Assembly: GCA_963748015.1 (NCBI GenBank)
Contig: CAVVHE010000004.1
Coordinates: 1,088,001-1,152,000, forward strand
Direction of reading: 5' to 3'
Source of the DNA: Terriglobia bacterium
Lineage (GTDB): Bacteria; Acidobacteriota; Polarisedimenticolia; Polarisedimenticolales; JAIQFR01
DNA length: 64,000 nucleotides
The notes beneath the pieces were generated by a model. That model saw nothing but the letters and a program-made list of their open reading frames with translations. It did no database searches and had not been told where the DNA came from. A program made the translations under genes and the position numbers. Numbering within the stretch: position 1 is the first letter of the stretch; each line of letters starts with the position of its first letter. Positions 9,933 to 20,492 of this stretch are shown here, one piece after another.

Positions 9933-11261
9933 CTATCGACCAAGAAAGGGCAGCCGGAAGCCCTTCTTGCCCTTCGTGGCCTGCAGGGTCTTCATCATCC
10001 GGCGCATCTGCGCGAACTGCTTGAGCAGCCGGTTGATCTCCGGGACGCTCTGGCCGCTTCCCCTGGCGATCCGTCGTTTCCGGCTTCCGTTCAGGACCTG
10101 CGGGTTGGCGCGCTCGCCGGGCGTCATCGAGTCGATGATGGAGACAACGCGCGTGATCGCGCCCGGATCGAGGTCGGCCTCGCGAACCGCCGACATCCCA
10201 GGGATCATCCCCGCGATGGCCTGGAGAGGGCCCATCTTGCGGAGGGTGCGGAGCTGGTCGGCGAACTCCAGGAGGGTGAACTGGTTCCTTCGGATCTTCT
10301 TTTCGAGGTCCCTCGCCTGGTCCTCGTCGAACGCCTCCTCGGCCTTCTCGATCAGGCCGAGAATGTCCCCCATGCCCAGGATCCGGCCGACCAGGCGATC
10401 CGGATGGAAGGCCTCGAACTCCGACGTGCGCTCTCCGATTCCCACGAACTTGATCGGGACGCCGGTCACGTGCCGGATCGAGAGCGCCGCGCCGCCCCGA
10501 GCGTCGCCGTCCATCTTCGTCAGGATCACGCCGGTCAGGCCGAGGGCGCGATGGAACTCCCCGGCCGACCGGACCGCGTCCTGGCCGGTCATCGCGTCGG
10601 CGACGAACAGGATCTCGGCCGGATCGAGGGCGGCCTTGAGCCTGCGCAGCTCGTCCATGAGCGCGTCGTCGATGTGCAGCCGCCCCGCGGTGTCCACGAG
10701 GACCGTGTCGTACCCGGACCGCCTCGCGTCGAGCTCCCCGTCGCGGGCGATCTCCACCGGGTCGCGACGGCCGTCGTGCTCGAAGACCTTGAGGCCGGCG
10801 GAGTGCCCGACGCGCACCAGCTGCTCGATGGCCGCGGGCCGGTAGACGTCCGCGGGCACCAGCATCGGGTACCGCCCCGCGTTCTTGAGCCACAGCCCGA
10901 GCTTGGCCGTCGTGGTGGTCTTGCCGGAGCCCTGCAGGCCCACCATCAGGACGACGGACGGCGGCTTGGACGCGAACTTGAGACGCCCCGGTTCGGACTC
11001 GCCGAGAAGATCGACGAGCTCGTCCCGCAAGACCTTGACGACCTGCTGCGCGGGGCTCAAGCTCTTGAGTACGTCCTCTCCGAGCGCCTTCTCCCTCACG
11101 CGGTCGAGAAGGGCGCGAACGACCCCCACGTGGACGTCCGCCTCGAGGAGCGCCAGACGGATCTCCCTCAGGCTCTCTCCCAGGACGGCCTCGTTCACGC
11201 GGGCCTGTCCCCGGAGACTCTTGAAGATCCCCTGCAGGCGCTCCGATAGCGCGTCGAACAC
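9933..11261 (-). CDS. ffh: Signal recognition particle protein
   Basis: GLQGSGKTTT, DTAGR, TKMDGDARGG, M domain SRKRRIARGSG. Confidence 0.98.
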   Translation of the reverse strand: MFDALSERLQGIFKSLRGQARVNEAVLGESLREIRLALLEADVHVGVVRALLDRVREKALGEDVLKSLSPAQQVVKVLRDELVDLLGESEPGRLKFASKPPSVVLMVGLQGSGKTTTTAKLGLWLKNAGRYPMLVPADVYRPAAIEQLVRVGHSAGLKVFEHDGRRDPVEIARDGELDARRSGYDTVLVDTAGRLHIDDALMDELRRLKAALDPAEILFVADAMTGQDAVRSAGEFHRALGLTGVILTKMDGDARGGAALSIRHVTGVPIKFVGIGERTSEFEAFHPDRLVGRILGMGDILGLIEKAEEAFDEDQARDLEKKIRRNQFTLLEFADQLRTLRKMGPLQAIAGMIPGMSAVREADLDPGAITRVVSIIDSMTPGERANPQVLNGSRKRRIARGSGQSVPEINRLLKQFAQMRRMMKTLQATKGKKGFRLPFLGR

Positions 11262-11352
11262 GGAACCCCCTGAGCCGGCTGGACTTCAGCGCGGTGCGAA
11301 AGCGGGCATTATAGCGGGCGGGGAGGTCCGGCGTCCAGGAAGGCGGCGGGAA

Positions 11353-12585
11353 TCAAACCGACTCGAGAAGGTGCCCCATCTTGTTCTTCTTGGTGCGGAG
11401 GTACTCGATGTTGTCGCGGTGCGGAGGGAGCTCGAGCGGAACCCGCTCCACGAGCTCGAGCCCGTAACCCTCGAGCGCGACGTACTTTCCGGGGTTGTTC
11501 GTCATGAGGCGCAGCCGCCTTATACCCAGCTCGTAGAGGATCTGCGCCCCGACGCCGTAATCCCGGTGGTCCGCCTCGAACCCGAGCAGCAAGTTCGCCT
11601 CGACCGTGTCCTTGTGCTGCCGGTCCTGCACTTCGTAGGCTCGCAGCTTGTTGGCGAGACCGATCCCGCGCCCCTCCTGGCGCAGGTACAGGACGACCCC
11701 CGTCCCTTGCTTCGCGATCATGTCCATCGCCAGGTCGAGCTGGGCGCCGCAATCGCAGCGGGTGGACCCGAACACGTCGCCCGTCAGGCACTCCGAGTGC
11801 ACGCGGACGAGGACCGGCTCGTCGGCCCGCGGCTCTCCCATCACCAGCGCGACGTGCACCTGGTCCTCGAGCTCGTAGTGGAACGCGTGGACCTTCCAGG
11901 GCCCGCGCGCCGTCGGCAGGTCCGGAGAGGCGACCCTCGTGACGAGCCGCTCGTTCCGCATCCGGTGCCGGATGAGGTCGGCGATCGTGAGCATACGAAT
12001 GCCGTGGCGCTTCGAGAACTCGCGCAGCTCGGGGACCCGCGCCATCGTCCCGTCCGGGTTCATGACCTCGCAGATCACCGCGGCGGGCTTCAGGCCGGCG
12101 AGGCGGGCGAGGTCCACCGAGGCCTCGGTCTGCCCCGCGCGCTTCAGGACGCCACCCTTGTGGGCGCGAAGCGGGAAGACGTGGCCGGGGCGCACGAGGT
12201 CGCCCGGCCGCGTCGCCGGGTCCACCGTGACGCGGATCGTCCGGGCCCGGTCGGCGGCGGAGATCCCGGTCGTGACGTCGTGCCGCGCCTCGATGGACAC
12301 GCAGAACGCCGTCCCGTAGCGCGAGGTGTTCTCCTCCACCATCAGCGGGATGTTCAGCTCGTCGAGACGCTCGGCGGCCATGGGGAGGCAGATCAGCCCC
12401 CGGCCGTGGGTCGCCATGAAGTTCACGATCTGAGGCGTGACGAACTCGGCGGCGCAGGCGAGGTCCCCCTCGTTCTCGCGGTCCTCGTCGTCGAGGATGA
12501 GGATCATCTTCCCGGCGCGAAGATCCTCGATCGCCTCCTCCACGGTGGCGAATTCACGATCCCGATGCCCTGCCTTCTCCGTCAT
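11353..12585 (-). CDS. ribBA: Bifunctional DHBP synthase / GTP cyclohydrolase II
   Basis: [42 protein letters not shown] overlap with ribE stop. Confidence 0.96.
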   Translation of the reverse strand: MTEKAGHRDREFATVEEAIEDLRAGKMILILDDEDRENEGDLACAAEFVTPQIVNFMATHGRGLICLPMAAERLDELNIPLMVEENTSRYGTAFCVSIEARHDVTTGISAADRARTIRVTVDPATRPGDLVRPGHVFPLRAHKGGVLKRAGQTEASVDLARLAGLKPAAVICEVMNPDGTMARVPELREFSKRHGIRMLTIADLIRHRMRNERLVTRVASPDLPTARGPWKVHAFHYELEDQVHVALVMGEPRADEPVLVRVHSECLTGDVFGSTRCDCGAQLDLAMDMIAKQGTGVVLYLRQEGRGIGLANKLRAYEVQDRQHKDTVEANLLLGFEADHRDYGVGAQILYELGIRRLRLMTNNPGKYVALEGYGLELVERVPLELPPHRDNIEYLRTKKNKMGHLLESV

Positions 12586-13238
12586 TTCACACCGATCCTC
12601 GTGCTCCGCCCGCGCGCGGGTCCGCGAAAGCCGCTCCCCGCGCCCGCCGGGCCGCACTCGAGCAGCCTTTCAAGATACCTCGCCAGGAGGTCCGCCTCCA
12701 CATGGACCTCGTCCCCGGCGGCGAGCGAGCCGAGCGTGGTCCTCCTGAGCGTCTCCGGCACGAGGGCGACCTCGAAGCTCCCTGCCTCCACCGAGGCCAC
12801 GGTGAGCGACACCCCCTGGAGGGCGACCGATCCCTTCGCGGCGACGTAGCGGGCGAGCGAAGCGGGAAGATCGAGGCGGAGCCGCCAGTCGTCTCCGCGC
12901 CGGTCGACCCGGAGCACGCGACTGGTGCCGTCCACGTGTCCTTGAACGAGATGGCCCCCGACGCGGTCGCCGAGACGAAGAGCGCGCTCGAGGTTGACGC
13001 GCCGTCCGGCGCGCGCCGCGCCGAGAGTCGTGCGGGCCAGCGTCTCCGCGACGGCGTCGAAGGAGATGCGCCGGCCCTCGATGGCGCTCGCGGTGAGGCA
13101 CACGCCGTCCACCGCGATGCTGTCCCCCGGCTTCACCTCGCCCGACGGGAGGTCGCTCTCGATCGCGAGGCGCACCGACCCGGCGCGCCGGGTCGCCGCG
13201 GCCACCTTCCCGACCGTTTCCACGAGACCCGTGAACAT
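12582..13238 (-). CDS. ribE: Riboflavin synthase alpha chain
   Basis: [28 protein letters not shown]. Confidence 0.96.
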   Translation of the reverse strand: MFTGLVETVGKVAAATRRAGSVRLAIESDLPSGEVKPGDSIAVDGVCLTASAIEGRRISFDAVAETLARTTLGAARAGRRVNLERALRLGDRVGGHLVQGHVDGTSRVLRVDRRGDDWRLRLDLPASLARYVAAKGSVALQGVSLTVASVEAGSFEVALVPETLRRTTLGSLAAGDEVHVEADLLARYLERLLECGPAGAGSGFRGPARGRSTRIGVK

Positions 13239-13282
13239 CGCCCTCTCCTCTCAAAGCACGGCGGCCCCGCGCGGCCTCCGCT

Positions 13283-14428
13283 TCAGCTCGATCCCGTAGC
13301 GGTCGTGCGGTCGCCGTCCCTCGGGCGGATCGTGCCGAGAAGTACCGTGTCCGCTCCGAGCGGGAATCGCTGCTCCACGTCGATCCCGATCGCGCCGCGA
13401 GGCGACGCGGGAGCGTCGAGTTCGAGCAGCGGCGTCGCTCCCCGCGCGCCGATCAGGATCGGCGCGCCGAAGAGCGCCACGCGATCGGCGAGCCCCGCCT
13501 CCAGGAATCCGCCGAGCGTCCTCGCCCCGCCCTCCACGAGCACCGAGAGCACCCCCAGCGCGGCCAAGTCCGCGAGCACCGCCGCGAGGTCGAGGCGGCC
13601 GCCGGGAGCCGGCACCGGAACCACGGCCACCTGCGGACCGAATCGCGCCGCCCGGCCCGGCGACCGGTCCGCCGCCGCGTAGATCCTCACCGGCCCCGCG
13701 CCATCGCCGAGCAGGCGCGCGCCAAGGGGGACGTCCAGGCCGGGGGCGAGGACCACGCGCAGCCGCTCCGCGCGCACGCCGGGGAGACGCACGGCGAGCG
13801 AGGGGTCGTCGCGTCGCAACGTTCCCGCGCCGACGAGGATCGCGTCGTGACGATACCGCAGACGGTGGGCGAAGATCCTCGAGGCCTCTCCGGTGATCCA
13901 CTGCGACGCCCCGCCGAGCGCCGCGATCATCCCGTCCGCGCTGGCGGCCGCTTTCAAGGTCACGAGCGGACGTCCGGAGGCGTGGACCGTCAGGAAGGGG
14001 GCGTTGATCCGGCGCGCGTCGCCCTCGAGCAGCCCGGCCTCCACCTCGATCCCGGCCGCCCGCAGCCGCGCGAAGCCGGCCCCGTTCACCTCGGGATTCG
14101 GATCCACGATCGAGGCCACGACGCGGCGGATCCCGGCGCGCGCGAGGAGATCGGCGCACGGCGGCGTCCGGCCGTGATGGGCGCACGGCTCGAGGTTGAC
14201 GTACAGCGTGGCGCCGCGCGCCCGATCCCCCGCGTCGGCGACCGCCCTCGCCTCCGCGTGAGGCTCGCCCGCCGCCCGGTGGAAACCGCGGCCCACGACG
14301 GTCCCGTCGCGGGCGACGACGCAGCCGACCCGGGGATTCGGGCTCGCGGAACCCTCGCCGAGGGCGGCGAGGGCCAGCGCCTGCTCCATGAAGCGGCGGT
14401 CCGCCTCGGCGGAGGCGGGGGGGGTCAT
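13283..14428 (-). CDS. ribD: Riboflavin biosynthesis deaminase/reductase
   Basis: PNPRVGCV, HAE, LEPCAHHGRTPPC, LVEGG; start at ATGA overlap with ftsY stop. Confidence 0.95.
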   Translation of the reverse strand: MTPPASAEADRRFMEQALALAALGEGSASPNPRVGCVVARDGTVVGRGFHRAAGEPHAEARAVADAGDRARGATLYVNLEPCAHHGRTPPCADLLARAGIRRVVASIVDPNPEVNGAGFARLRAAGIEVEAGLLEGDARRINAPFLTVHASGRPLVTLKAAASADGMIAALGGASQWITGEASRIFAHRLRYRHDAILVGAGTLRRDDPSLAVRLPGVRAERLRVVLAPGLDVPLGARLLGDGAGPVRIYAAADRSPGRAARFGPQVAVVPVPAPGGRLDLAAVLADLAALGVLSVLVEGGARTLGGFLEAGLADRVALFGAPILIGARGATPLLELDAPASPRGAIGIDVEQRFPLGADTVLLGTIRPRDGDRTTATGSS

Positions 14429-15348
14429 CCGCGCTCCTCCTCGCCGAGGAGGCCGTCCACGTAGGCGTCGGGGTCGAAGTCGAGGAGATCGTCCACCGCC
14501 TCGCCCACCCCCACGTACCGGATCGGCACGCCGAGCACCCGGTGGATGTTCATCGCCACGCCGCCCTTGGCGGTGCCGTCGAGCTTCGTGAGGATCACCC
14601 CCGTGATCGGCACCGCGCGGGTGAATTCCCTCGCCTGGTTGAGGCCGTTCTGCCCCGTCGTCGCGTCCACGACCAGGAGGACCTCGTGCGGCGCCCCCTC
14701 GACCTCGCGCGACGCGACGCGCGCCATCTTCGAGAGCTCCGCCATCAGGTTCGACTTCGTGTGGAGGCGTCCGGCGGTGTCCACCAGCACGGTGTCCACC
14801 CCGCGGTGGCCCGCCGAGCGCAGCGCGTCGAACACCACCGCGGAAGGATCCGAGCCTTCCTTTTGCTTCAGGATCTCGGCCCCCGCCCGCTCGACCCACC
14901 GCTCGAGCTGGTCGATCGCCGCGGCGCGGAACGTGTCCGCGGCCACCACCACCACCTTGCGCCCGAGGTCGCGCTCTCGCGCCGCGAGCTTGCCGACCGT
15001 CGTGGTCTTCCCGCCGCCGTTCACTCCGACCACGAACACCACGCGGGGGCGCGTCCCGACGCCGCGGTCGCCCGGCGCCGCGGGGAGAGAGGCCCGAAGC
15101 GCCTCGCGCACCGCGCCTCGGAGTCCGTCGCCGTCCAGCGGCTCGCGGCGCGCCCTCTCGCGCACGGCGCCCATCACCTCGGCCGTGAGGGACGGGCCGA
15201 GATCGGCGGCCAGGAGGCTCGCCTCGAGGTCGTCCAGGACCTCCTCGTCCACCGGCCGGTTCCCGACCACCGCCTGGAGCGTGGAAGCCAGCCCCTCCCG
15301 CGTCCGGGCGAGGCCCTTGATCAGCTTCCTGAGGACCGTGAACGCCAT
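14425..15348 (-). CDS. ftsY: SRP receptor
   Basis: GVNGGGKTTT, DTFRAAA, DTAGR, TKLDGTAKGG. Confidence 0.96.
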   Translation of the reverse strand: MAFTVLRKLIKGLARTREGLASTLQAVVGNRPVDEEVLDDLEASLLAADLGPSLTAEVMGAVRERARREPLDGDGLRGAVREALRASLPAAPGDRGVGTRPRVVFVVGVNGGGKTTTVGKLAARERDLGRKVVVVAADTFRAAAIDQLERWVERAGAEILKQKEGSDPSAVVFDALRSAGHRGVDTVLVDTAGRLHTKSNLMAELSKMARVASREVEGAPHEVLLVVDATTGQNGLNQAREFTRAVPITGVILTKLDGTAKGGVAMNIHRVLGVPIRYVGVGEAVDDLLDFDPDAYVDGLLGEEERG

Positions 15349-16124
15349 CAGCGCATCAACTTCAGCAGGTCGTCGGACTTCGCGGCGGCCTCGCTCCCCG
15401 GCGAGATCTCGATGGCGCGCTTGAGATTCTCGTTCGCCTTGAAACGTTCGCCCAGGCGGAAGTACCCGAAGCCGAGCCGGTAGAAGTACTCGCCGGACGA
15501 CCCGTAGCCCGGCGCGGCGACCTCGTACTCGCGAACCGCCTCGTCGATGCGGCCCGTCCGGTCGAGAAGCGCGGCCAGCTCGAAGTGCGCCTGGTAGTAC
15601 TTGGGGTTGATCTCGACCGCCTTGCGGTACTCGCGAATCGCCTCCTCGTCCCTCCCCTGGGAGGCGTACAGGAGTCCGAGGTTCAGGCGCACTTTCTCGG
15701 GCGTCGGGTAGGCGGGAGACGCGAGAGCCAGCCGGTACTCCTTCTCCGCCTCGTCCTTCCTGCCGGTGCGGTCGTAGAGGGCGCCGAGATTGTTGTGCGC
15801 GTCGGCGAGGTCGGGGTCGAGCTCGAGCGTCTTTCGGAACGCCGCCTCCGCGGCCTCGTTGTGGCCGGCCATGAAGCAGACCTGCCCGTAGAAATTCCTG
15901 AGGCCGGCGTTGGTCGGCTCGGCGACGAGGGCCTGGTCGAGCACGTCGAGCGCCTCCTTCGTCCTTCCGGCCTGGAGATACGCCTGCGCCATCCGCATCT
16001 TGTTGGCCATCTCGGCCATCGGGTCCTTCTTCGGCTCTGGCGCCTGCGAGGCGCAACCCGCCAGGAGCCCCGCGAGCAGCAGGACCGCGATGCCCGACGG
16101 CACGAGGTTCGCCCCACGTTTCAT
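15348..16124 (-). CDS. TPR lipoprotein, PilF/PilW/Tgl pilotin-like
   Basis: LAGC lipobox, TPRs with AHNNLG and the PAYPTPE motif. Confidence 0.75.
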   Translation of the reverse strand: MKRGANLVPSGIAVLLLAGLLAGCASQAPEPKKDPMAEMANKMRMAQAYLQAGRTKEALDVLDQALVAEPTNAGLRNFYGQVCFMAGHNEAAEAAFRKTLELDPDLADAHNNLGALYDRTGRKDEAEKEYRLALASPAYPTPEKVRLNLGLLYASQGRDEEAIREYRKAVEINPKYYQAHFELAALLDRTGRIDEAVREYEVAAPGYGSSGEYFYRLGFGYFRLGERFKANENLKRAIEISPGSEAAAKSDDLLKLMR

Positions 16125-16189
16125 GTCGCCTCCGCGCTCGGCCCCCGCGGCTTCACGATCGCGCCGCGGGCGACTTCGGGAAAACAGTA

Positions 16190-16987
16190 TCAGACCGGCC
16201 CTCCCCGGCCGAATAGCCGGGAGAGGAGGGAGCGTTTCGACGCCTGCCGCTCGATGACGAGCGGCGGCTCGGGATCGCGGCCGTCGAGGAGGGCGCGCGG
16301 CCGCTCGGAGACCATCTTCTTCGCCTCCTCCTCTCCGACGATCGCCGCCACCGCCTCGACGGCGCGGCTCAGGATCGGCGGACGGCCCCGGAGGTTGTGC
16401 GCGTCCGACGCCAGGACGTGCGCGAGGCCGCGCCGCAGGAGGAGCTCGCTGAACTCCTGCGCATCCTCGCCGAAGGTCCCCAGCACGCTCCCGGTCGTGA
16501 GCTGCCCGTACGCTCCGAGGCGCACCATCTCCTCCCACCGCTTCACGTCCTCCTGGAAGTAGCGGATCCTCTCGGGGTGGGCGAACAGGACGACGAGCCC
16601 GGCGAGCCTCAGGCTGAAGACGACGTTTTGCAGGTCCATCGGGTACTGCGAGAGCGAGAGCTCGAGGAGGAGCGTCTTCCCGTTGTCGCCCAGGGTCAGG
16701 GCGCGTCCATCCTTCACGCGCTCCACGAGGTCCGGCGCGATGTACACCTCCGCCCCGGGAAGGAGCGTGAGCCCGATGCCCGCCTCGCGGAGCCTCCCCT
16801 CGAGCCGCTCGACTGCGGCGCGCACCGCCGCCCTGCCGTTTTCGAAGAACCCGTCCTTGGAGTGCGGGGTGGCAACCAGCGTTCGAACGCCGTCCGCGAA
16901 CGCCGCGCGCGCGAACTCGACGGCCTCGTCCTCGTCCTTGACGCCGTCGTCGACTCCCGGAAGGATGTGGGTGTGCAGGTCGATCAA
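16190..16987 (-). CDS. PHP-family tyrosine-protein phosphatase (CpsB/YwqE-like)
   Basis: IDLHTHILPGVDDG, ATPH, AHPER, ASDAH; TTGA overlap with gpsA stop. Confidence 0.9.
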   Translation of the reverse strand: MIDLHTHILPGVDDGVKDEDEAVEFARAAFADGVRTLVATPHSKDGFFENGRAAVRAAVERLEGRLREAGIGLTLLPGAEVYIAPDLVERVKDGRALTLGDNGKTLLLELSLSQYPMDLQNVVFSLRLAGLVVLFAHPERIRYFQEDVKRWEEMVRLGAYGQLTTGSVLGTFGEDAQEFSELLLRRGLAHVLASDAHNLRGRPPILSRAVEAVAAIVGEEEAKKMVSERPRALLDGRDPEPPLVIERQASKRSLLSRLFGRGGPV

Positions 16988-18018
16988 CGATCGGGCTCCT
17001 TGCTGCTTCGGGTTTCGTCCTCCGAGGTGAGCGGCCGGCTCATGAGCCGTGCGACCGCGTCCGCGGGGGAGCCGTTCTCGAACAGGAGGCGGTGGACTTC
17101 CTCGACGATCGGCATCTCGACACCGGCCCGCCTCGCGAGGGCCACCGCCGCCGGGGCGGTCCGCACCCCCTCCGCCACCGAGGGGCTCCGGGCCAGCACG
17201 TCCGCGAGGCGCTCGCCCCGGCCGATCGCCTGCCCGACCCGGCGGTTGCGCGAGAGGTCGCCGGTGCAGGTGAGCACGAGATCCCCGAGTCCCGCGAGAC
17301 CGCCGAAGGTCGCGGTGTCGGCGCCGAGCGCAGACCCCAGCCGGCGCATCTCGGCGAGCCCCCGTGTGACGAGCGCCGCGAGTGTGTTTCGCCCGAGCCC
17401 GAGGCCGTCGAGCATCCCCGCGGCGATCGCGATCACGTTCTTGAGGGCGCCGGCGAGCTGGACGCCCCGCGCGTCCCGGTTCGCGTAGAAACGCAGGGCG
17501 GGACTCGACAGCAGGTCCCTGAGGCGCACGGCGAGCTCGAGGTCCTCCGAGGCGACGACGACCGCGGTCGGAACGCCTCGCGCCACTTCCGCCGCGAAGG
17601 TCGGCCCGGAGAGGACCGCCGACGGCCGCTCGGCTCCCAGTTCCTCCGCCGCGACCTCGAGCGGCAGCAAGAGGGTGTGCTCCTCGATCCCCTTCGCCGC
17701 AAGCAGGACGGGCACCCCCGTCTCGAGGAAGGGGGCGAGGATGCGGTACACCGCGCGCGCGTGGGGGGTCGGAACGGCGCCGAGCGCGAGCGAGGCCCCG
17801 CGGCACGCCTCGGCGAGATCGGCGGTCGGCACGACCGTTTCCGGAACCTGCACCCCGGGGAGATACAGCGGGTTGTCGCGACGGGTGGCCATTCGCTCCA
17901 CGAGGTCGCCCTCGCGAATCCACAGTCGGACGGGATGGCCCCGCCGCGCGGCATGAATGGCGAGCGCCGTGCCCCACGCGCCCCCGCCGATGACCGCGAT
18001 CGGTGCTCCGGGGATCAA
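16984..18018 (-). CDS. gpsA: NAD(P)H-dependent glycerol-3-phosphate dehydrogenase
   Basis: GGGAWGTALA, KGIE, LSGPTFA, GALKNVIA, GLGDLVLTC, SRNR. Confidence 0.96.
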   Translation of the reverse strand: MIPGAPIAVIGGGAWGTALAIHAARRGHPVRLWIREGDLVERMATRRDNPLYLPGVQVPETVVPTADLAEACRGASLALGAVPTPHARAVYRILAPFLETGVPVLLAAKGIEEHTLLLPLEVAAEELGAERPSAVLSGPTFAAEVARGVPTAVVVASEDLELAVRLRDLLSSPALRFYANRDARGVQLAGALKNVIAIAAGMLDGLGLGRNTLAALVTRGLAEMRRLGSALGADTATFGGLAGLGDLVLTCTGDLSRNRRVGQAIGRGERLADVLARSPSVAEGVRTAPAAVALARRAGVEMPIVEEVHRLLFENGSPADAVARLMSRPLTSEDETRSSKEPDR

Positions 18019-18632
18019 CGCGCGCCCCTTCCGCTTCGACGGATCCCGAGCTTCGGCTCGCTGCCCGCGGCGAGCCGCGCGATGTTCTCCCGGTGGCTCC
18101 ACGCGAGCAGCAAGGCCACCGCCCCTCCGGCCGCGACGGTGGCGGACGGAGAGCGGAAGAGAGCGGCCCACCCGGGGAACGAGATCGCCGCCGCGAGAGA
18201 GCCGGCCGAGACGCGCCTCGCGATCCCCGCGACCGCGCCGAACACCGCGAGCGAGGCGAGGAGGGGCAACGGAGCCAGAACGGCGAGCGCTCCCGCCCCG
18301 GTCGCCGCTCCCTTGCCCCCGCGGAAGCCGAGCCACGGAGTGAACACGCTTCCCGCGATCGCCCCGACGCAAGCCGCCGGGGCGACGAGCCCGCCGGCGG
18401 GTCCGATCGTCCTCGCGAGCCCCACGGCGGCTGCGCCCTTCGCCGCGTCGAGGAGCAGCGTGAGAGCCGCGAGCCCGGGACCGGCCACGCGGAAGACGTT
18501 GGTCGCCCCGATGTTTCCGCTCCCCTCTCGGCGAACGTCCCCGCGCCCGGCAGCCGCGGCGAGAAGCCATCCGAAGGGAACGCTTCCCAGGCCGAACCCC
18601 AAAGCCGCGGCGAGAAGGACCGCGGCCGTCAC
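18015..18632 (-). CDS. plsY: Glycerol-3-phosphate acyltransferase
   Basis: GSVPFG, GSGNIGATN, DAAKG, FRGGKG, HRENIARL. Confidence 0.95.
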   Translation of the reverse strand: MTAAVLLAAALGFGLGSVPFGWLLAAAAGRGDVRREGSGNIGATNVFRVAGPGLAALTLLLDAAKGAAAVGLARTIGPAGGLVAPAACVGAIAGSVFTPWLGFRGGKGAATGAGALAVLAPLPLLASLAVFGAVAGIARRVSAGSLAAAISFPGWAALFRSPSATVAAGGAVALLLAWSHRENIARLAAGSEPKLGIRRSGRGAR

Positions 18633-19189
18633 GCCGCGCTCCCGAGCGGGAACGCCGCGACCCTGCTGTAACGGGCGCCGCCGGGGCCGAGCTCGCTCTG
18701 GAAGAGGACGACCTCGTCCGCGGCCAGATCCGACGCGAGCATGGCGCCCCCTGGCGGGGGCGAGACCGGACGCCCCTCGCGCTCGGCCCGGGCGAGGGTG
18801 AGGTGCGCGCGGAAGGGACGCTCGTCGGGCTCGAAACCGAGCTTCCGCGCCGTCTCCTCGAGCGCCTCCGCGAGCGCCGCCAGATCTCCCGCGGGAGACG
18901 CGTCGTTGACCCCCAACCAGAGGATTCGCGGCCGCCCGCCACCCGGAAACACGCCCAGGCCCCCGACGTCCAACCGGACGCGGGGATGGCCAAGAACGGC
19001 GCGCCGCCACGTCTCGCGCTGGCGCGCCTCGTCGGCCGGGGCCACCTCTCCGAGGAACCGGAGCGTGAGGTGGATCCCGTCCGGCCGCACCCACCGCCAG
19101 CCGGGGCAGCTCCGGCGCGCCCGCTCCTGCACCTCGGCGACGGCGTCCCTCACCCGGGGTGGAAGATCGATCGCCAGGAACAACCTCAT
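18629..19189 (-). CDS. thpR: RNA 2',3'-cyclic phosphodiesterase (2H family)
   Basis: MRLFLAI start and two HLTL motifs. Confidence 0.93.
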   Translation of the reverse strand: MRLFLAIDLPPRVRDAVAEVQERARRSCPGWRWVRPDGIHLTLRFLGEVAPADEARQRETWRRAVLGHPRVRLDVGGLGVFPGGGRPRILWLGVNDASPAGDLAALAEALEETARKLGFEPDERPFRAHLTLARAEREGRPVSPPPGGAMLASDLAADEVVLFQSELGPGGARYSRVAAFPLGSAA

Positions 19190-19806
19190 GGCCTTCCTTC
19201 GAGCGGGACGTCGAGCGCCCGTTTCGTCCGGCGGAGCAGCTCGTCCACGGCCTCCCTCCCCTCGACTCCCTCGACCGGCGGGATCGGTGCCCCGAACCGC
19301 ACGCGCACGCGGGCGGGGCCGGGCCATTTCCTGCCGTGAGGCCACGCCCGCGCGGAGCCCTCGATCTCGGCCGGAATCACCGGCGCGCCGCAGCGAACCG
19401 CCAGGTGCGCGGCGCCGCGGAAGAAGGAAACATCCGCGCCCTTCCCGCCGATTCCCCCTTCGGGGAAGATCCCGAGCAGCTCCCCCGACTCCAGGCGACG
19501 GAGCGCCGCTTTCAGGGCGGCCGTCGAAGGGCCGCCCCCCACCGGGACCGGGATCGCCCCCATCCGGCGATAGAACCAACGGCCCCACCACGTATGGTAC
19601 ACGTCTCGGTGCATGAGGAAGCGGACGGGGCGCGGACTCGCGCCCCCGAGGCACGCGGGATCGAGCCACGACCGGTGCAGGGCGACGAGGATCCCCCCTC
19701 CGCGGGGCGGAACCCTCTCGGCGCCTTCGACGCGAAAGCGGAAGAGGGGAAGCGCGATGACTCGAAACGCGGCGCGCACCGCGCGGTAGAACAACCTCTC
19801 GCTCAC
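19186..19806 (-). CDS. plsC: 1-acyl-glycerol-3-phosphate acyltransferase family
   Basis: HRSWLD (HX4D), IFPEG. Confidence 0.85.
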   Translation of the reverse strand: MSERLFYRAVRAAFRVIALPLFRFRVEGAERVPPRGGGILVALHRSWLDPACLGGASPRPVRFLMHRDVYHTWWGRWFYRRMGAIPVPVGGGPSTAALKAALRRLESGELLGIFPEGGIGGKGADVSFFRGAAHLAVRCGAPVIPAEIEGSARAWPHGRKWPGPARVRVRFGAPIPPVEGVEGREAVDELLRRTKRALDVPLEGRP

Positions 19807-20492
19807 GACGTCGGCGCGGTGGGCCGGCTCGCGCGGGTCTTCAGGGCGCCGAGGTCCGGCGGGCTGACGATGCCCCCGGAGACGATCAGCTTGAGCCCCT
19901 GCTCGACGGTCAGGCTCAGCTGGACCATGTCGGCCTCGCGGACGAAGAGGACCCAGCCGGAGGTGGGGTTGGGCGCGGTCGGGACGAACACCGGCACCGC
20001 CGGCTCGTCCCCGTCTCGCCCGCCGATCCGGTGCGCGCGTTCCTGGGTGACGAACCCGAGGGTCCAGATTCCCTCCCGGGGGAACTCCACCAGGACGACT
20101 CGCGAGAACGGGCGCTTGCCGGTGAGACTCACCGCGTCGAGGAGCTGGCGCGCCGCGCCGTAGATCCCCTTCACCAGGGGAATGCGCAGCATGGCGGTTT
20201 CGAACATCGCCAGGATCCGGCGTCCCACGAGGTTGCCCGCCAGGAGCCCCGCGAGGTAGATCAGCCCGACGGTCAGGATCACCCCGATCAGCGGCACCGC
20301 GAAGCGCGCGGGCCACTGCTCGAGCCCCGGCGTTCCCGCGGCGCGGAGGGCGGCCAGGACCAACGGCGTCACCCGCCGGTCGATCACGTCGAACAGGATG
20401 CCGAGGAGCCAGACGGTGATCAGCAGAGGGAGGACGATCAGCAGGCCACCGCCGATCCGGCCCCGGATGTGCGAAATCGCCCGGCCGATCAT
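19803..20492 (-). CDS. DUF502 membrane protein
   Basis: GLLIVLPLLIT, RIPLVKGIY, VFVPTAPNPTSG. Confidence 0.88.
   Translation of the reverse strand: MIGRAISHIRGRIGGGLLIVLPLLITVWLLGILFDVIDRRVTPLVLAALRAAGTPGLEQWPARFAVPLIGVILTVGLIYLAGLLAGNLVGRRILAMFETAMLRIPLVKGIYGAARQLLDAVSLTGKRPFSRVVLVEFPREGIWTLGFVTQERAHRIGGRDGDEPAVPVFVPTAPNPTSGWVLFVREADMVQLSLTVEQGLKLIVSGGIVSPPDLGALKTRASRPTAPTS

Noticed and set aside
18629..19189. thpR and rtcB as a joint RNA-repair system
   Set aside because: They are about 44 kb apart and each is a common gene; no evidence of linkage
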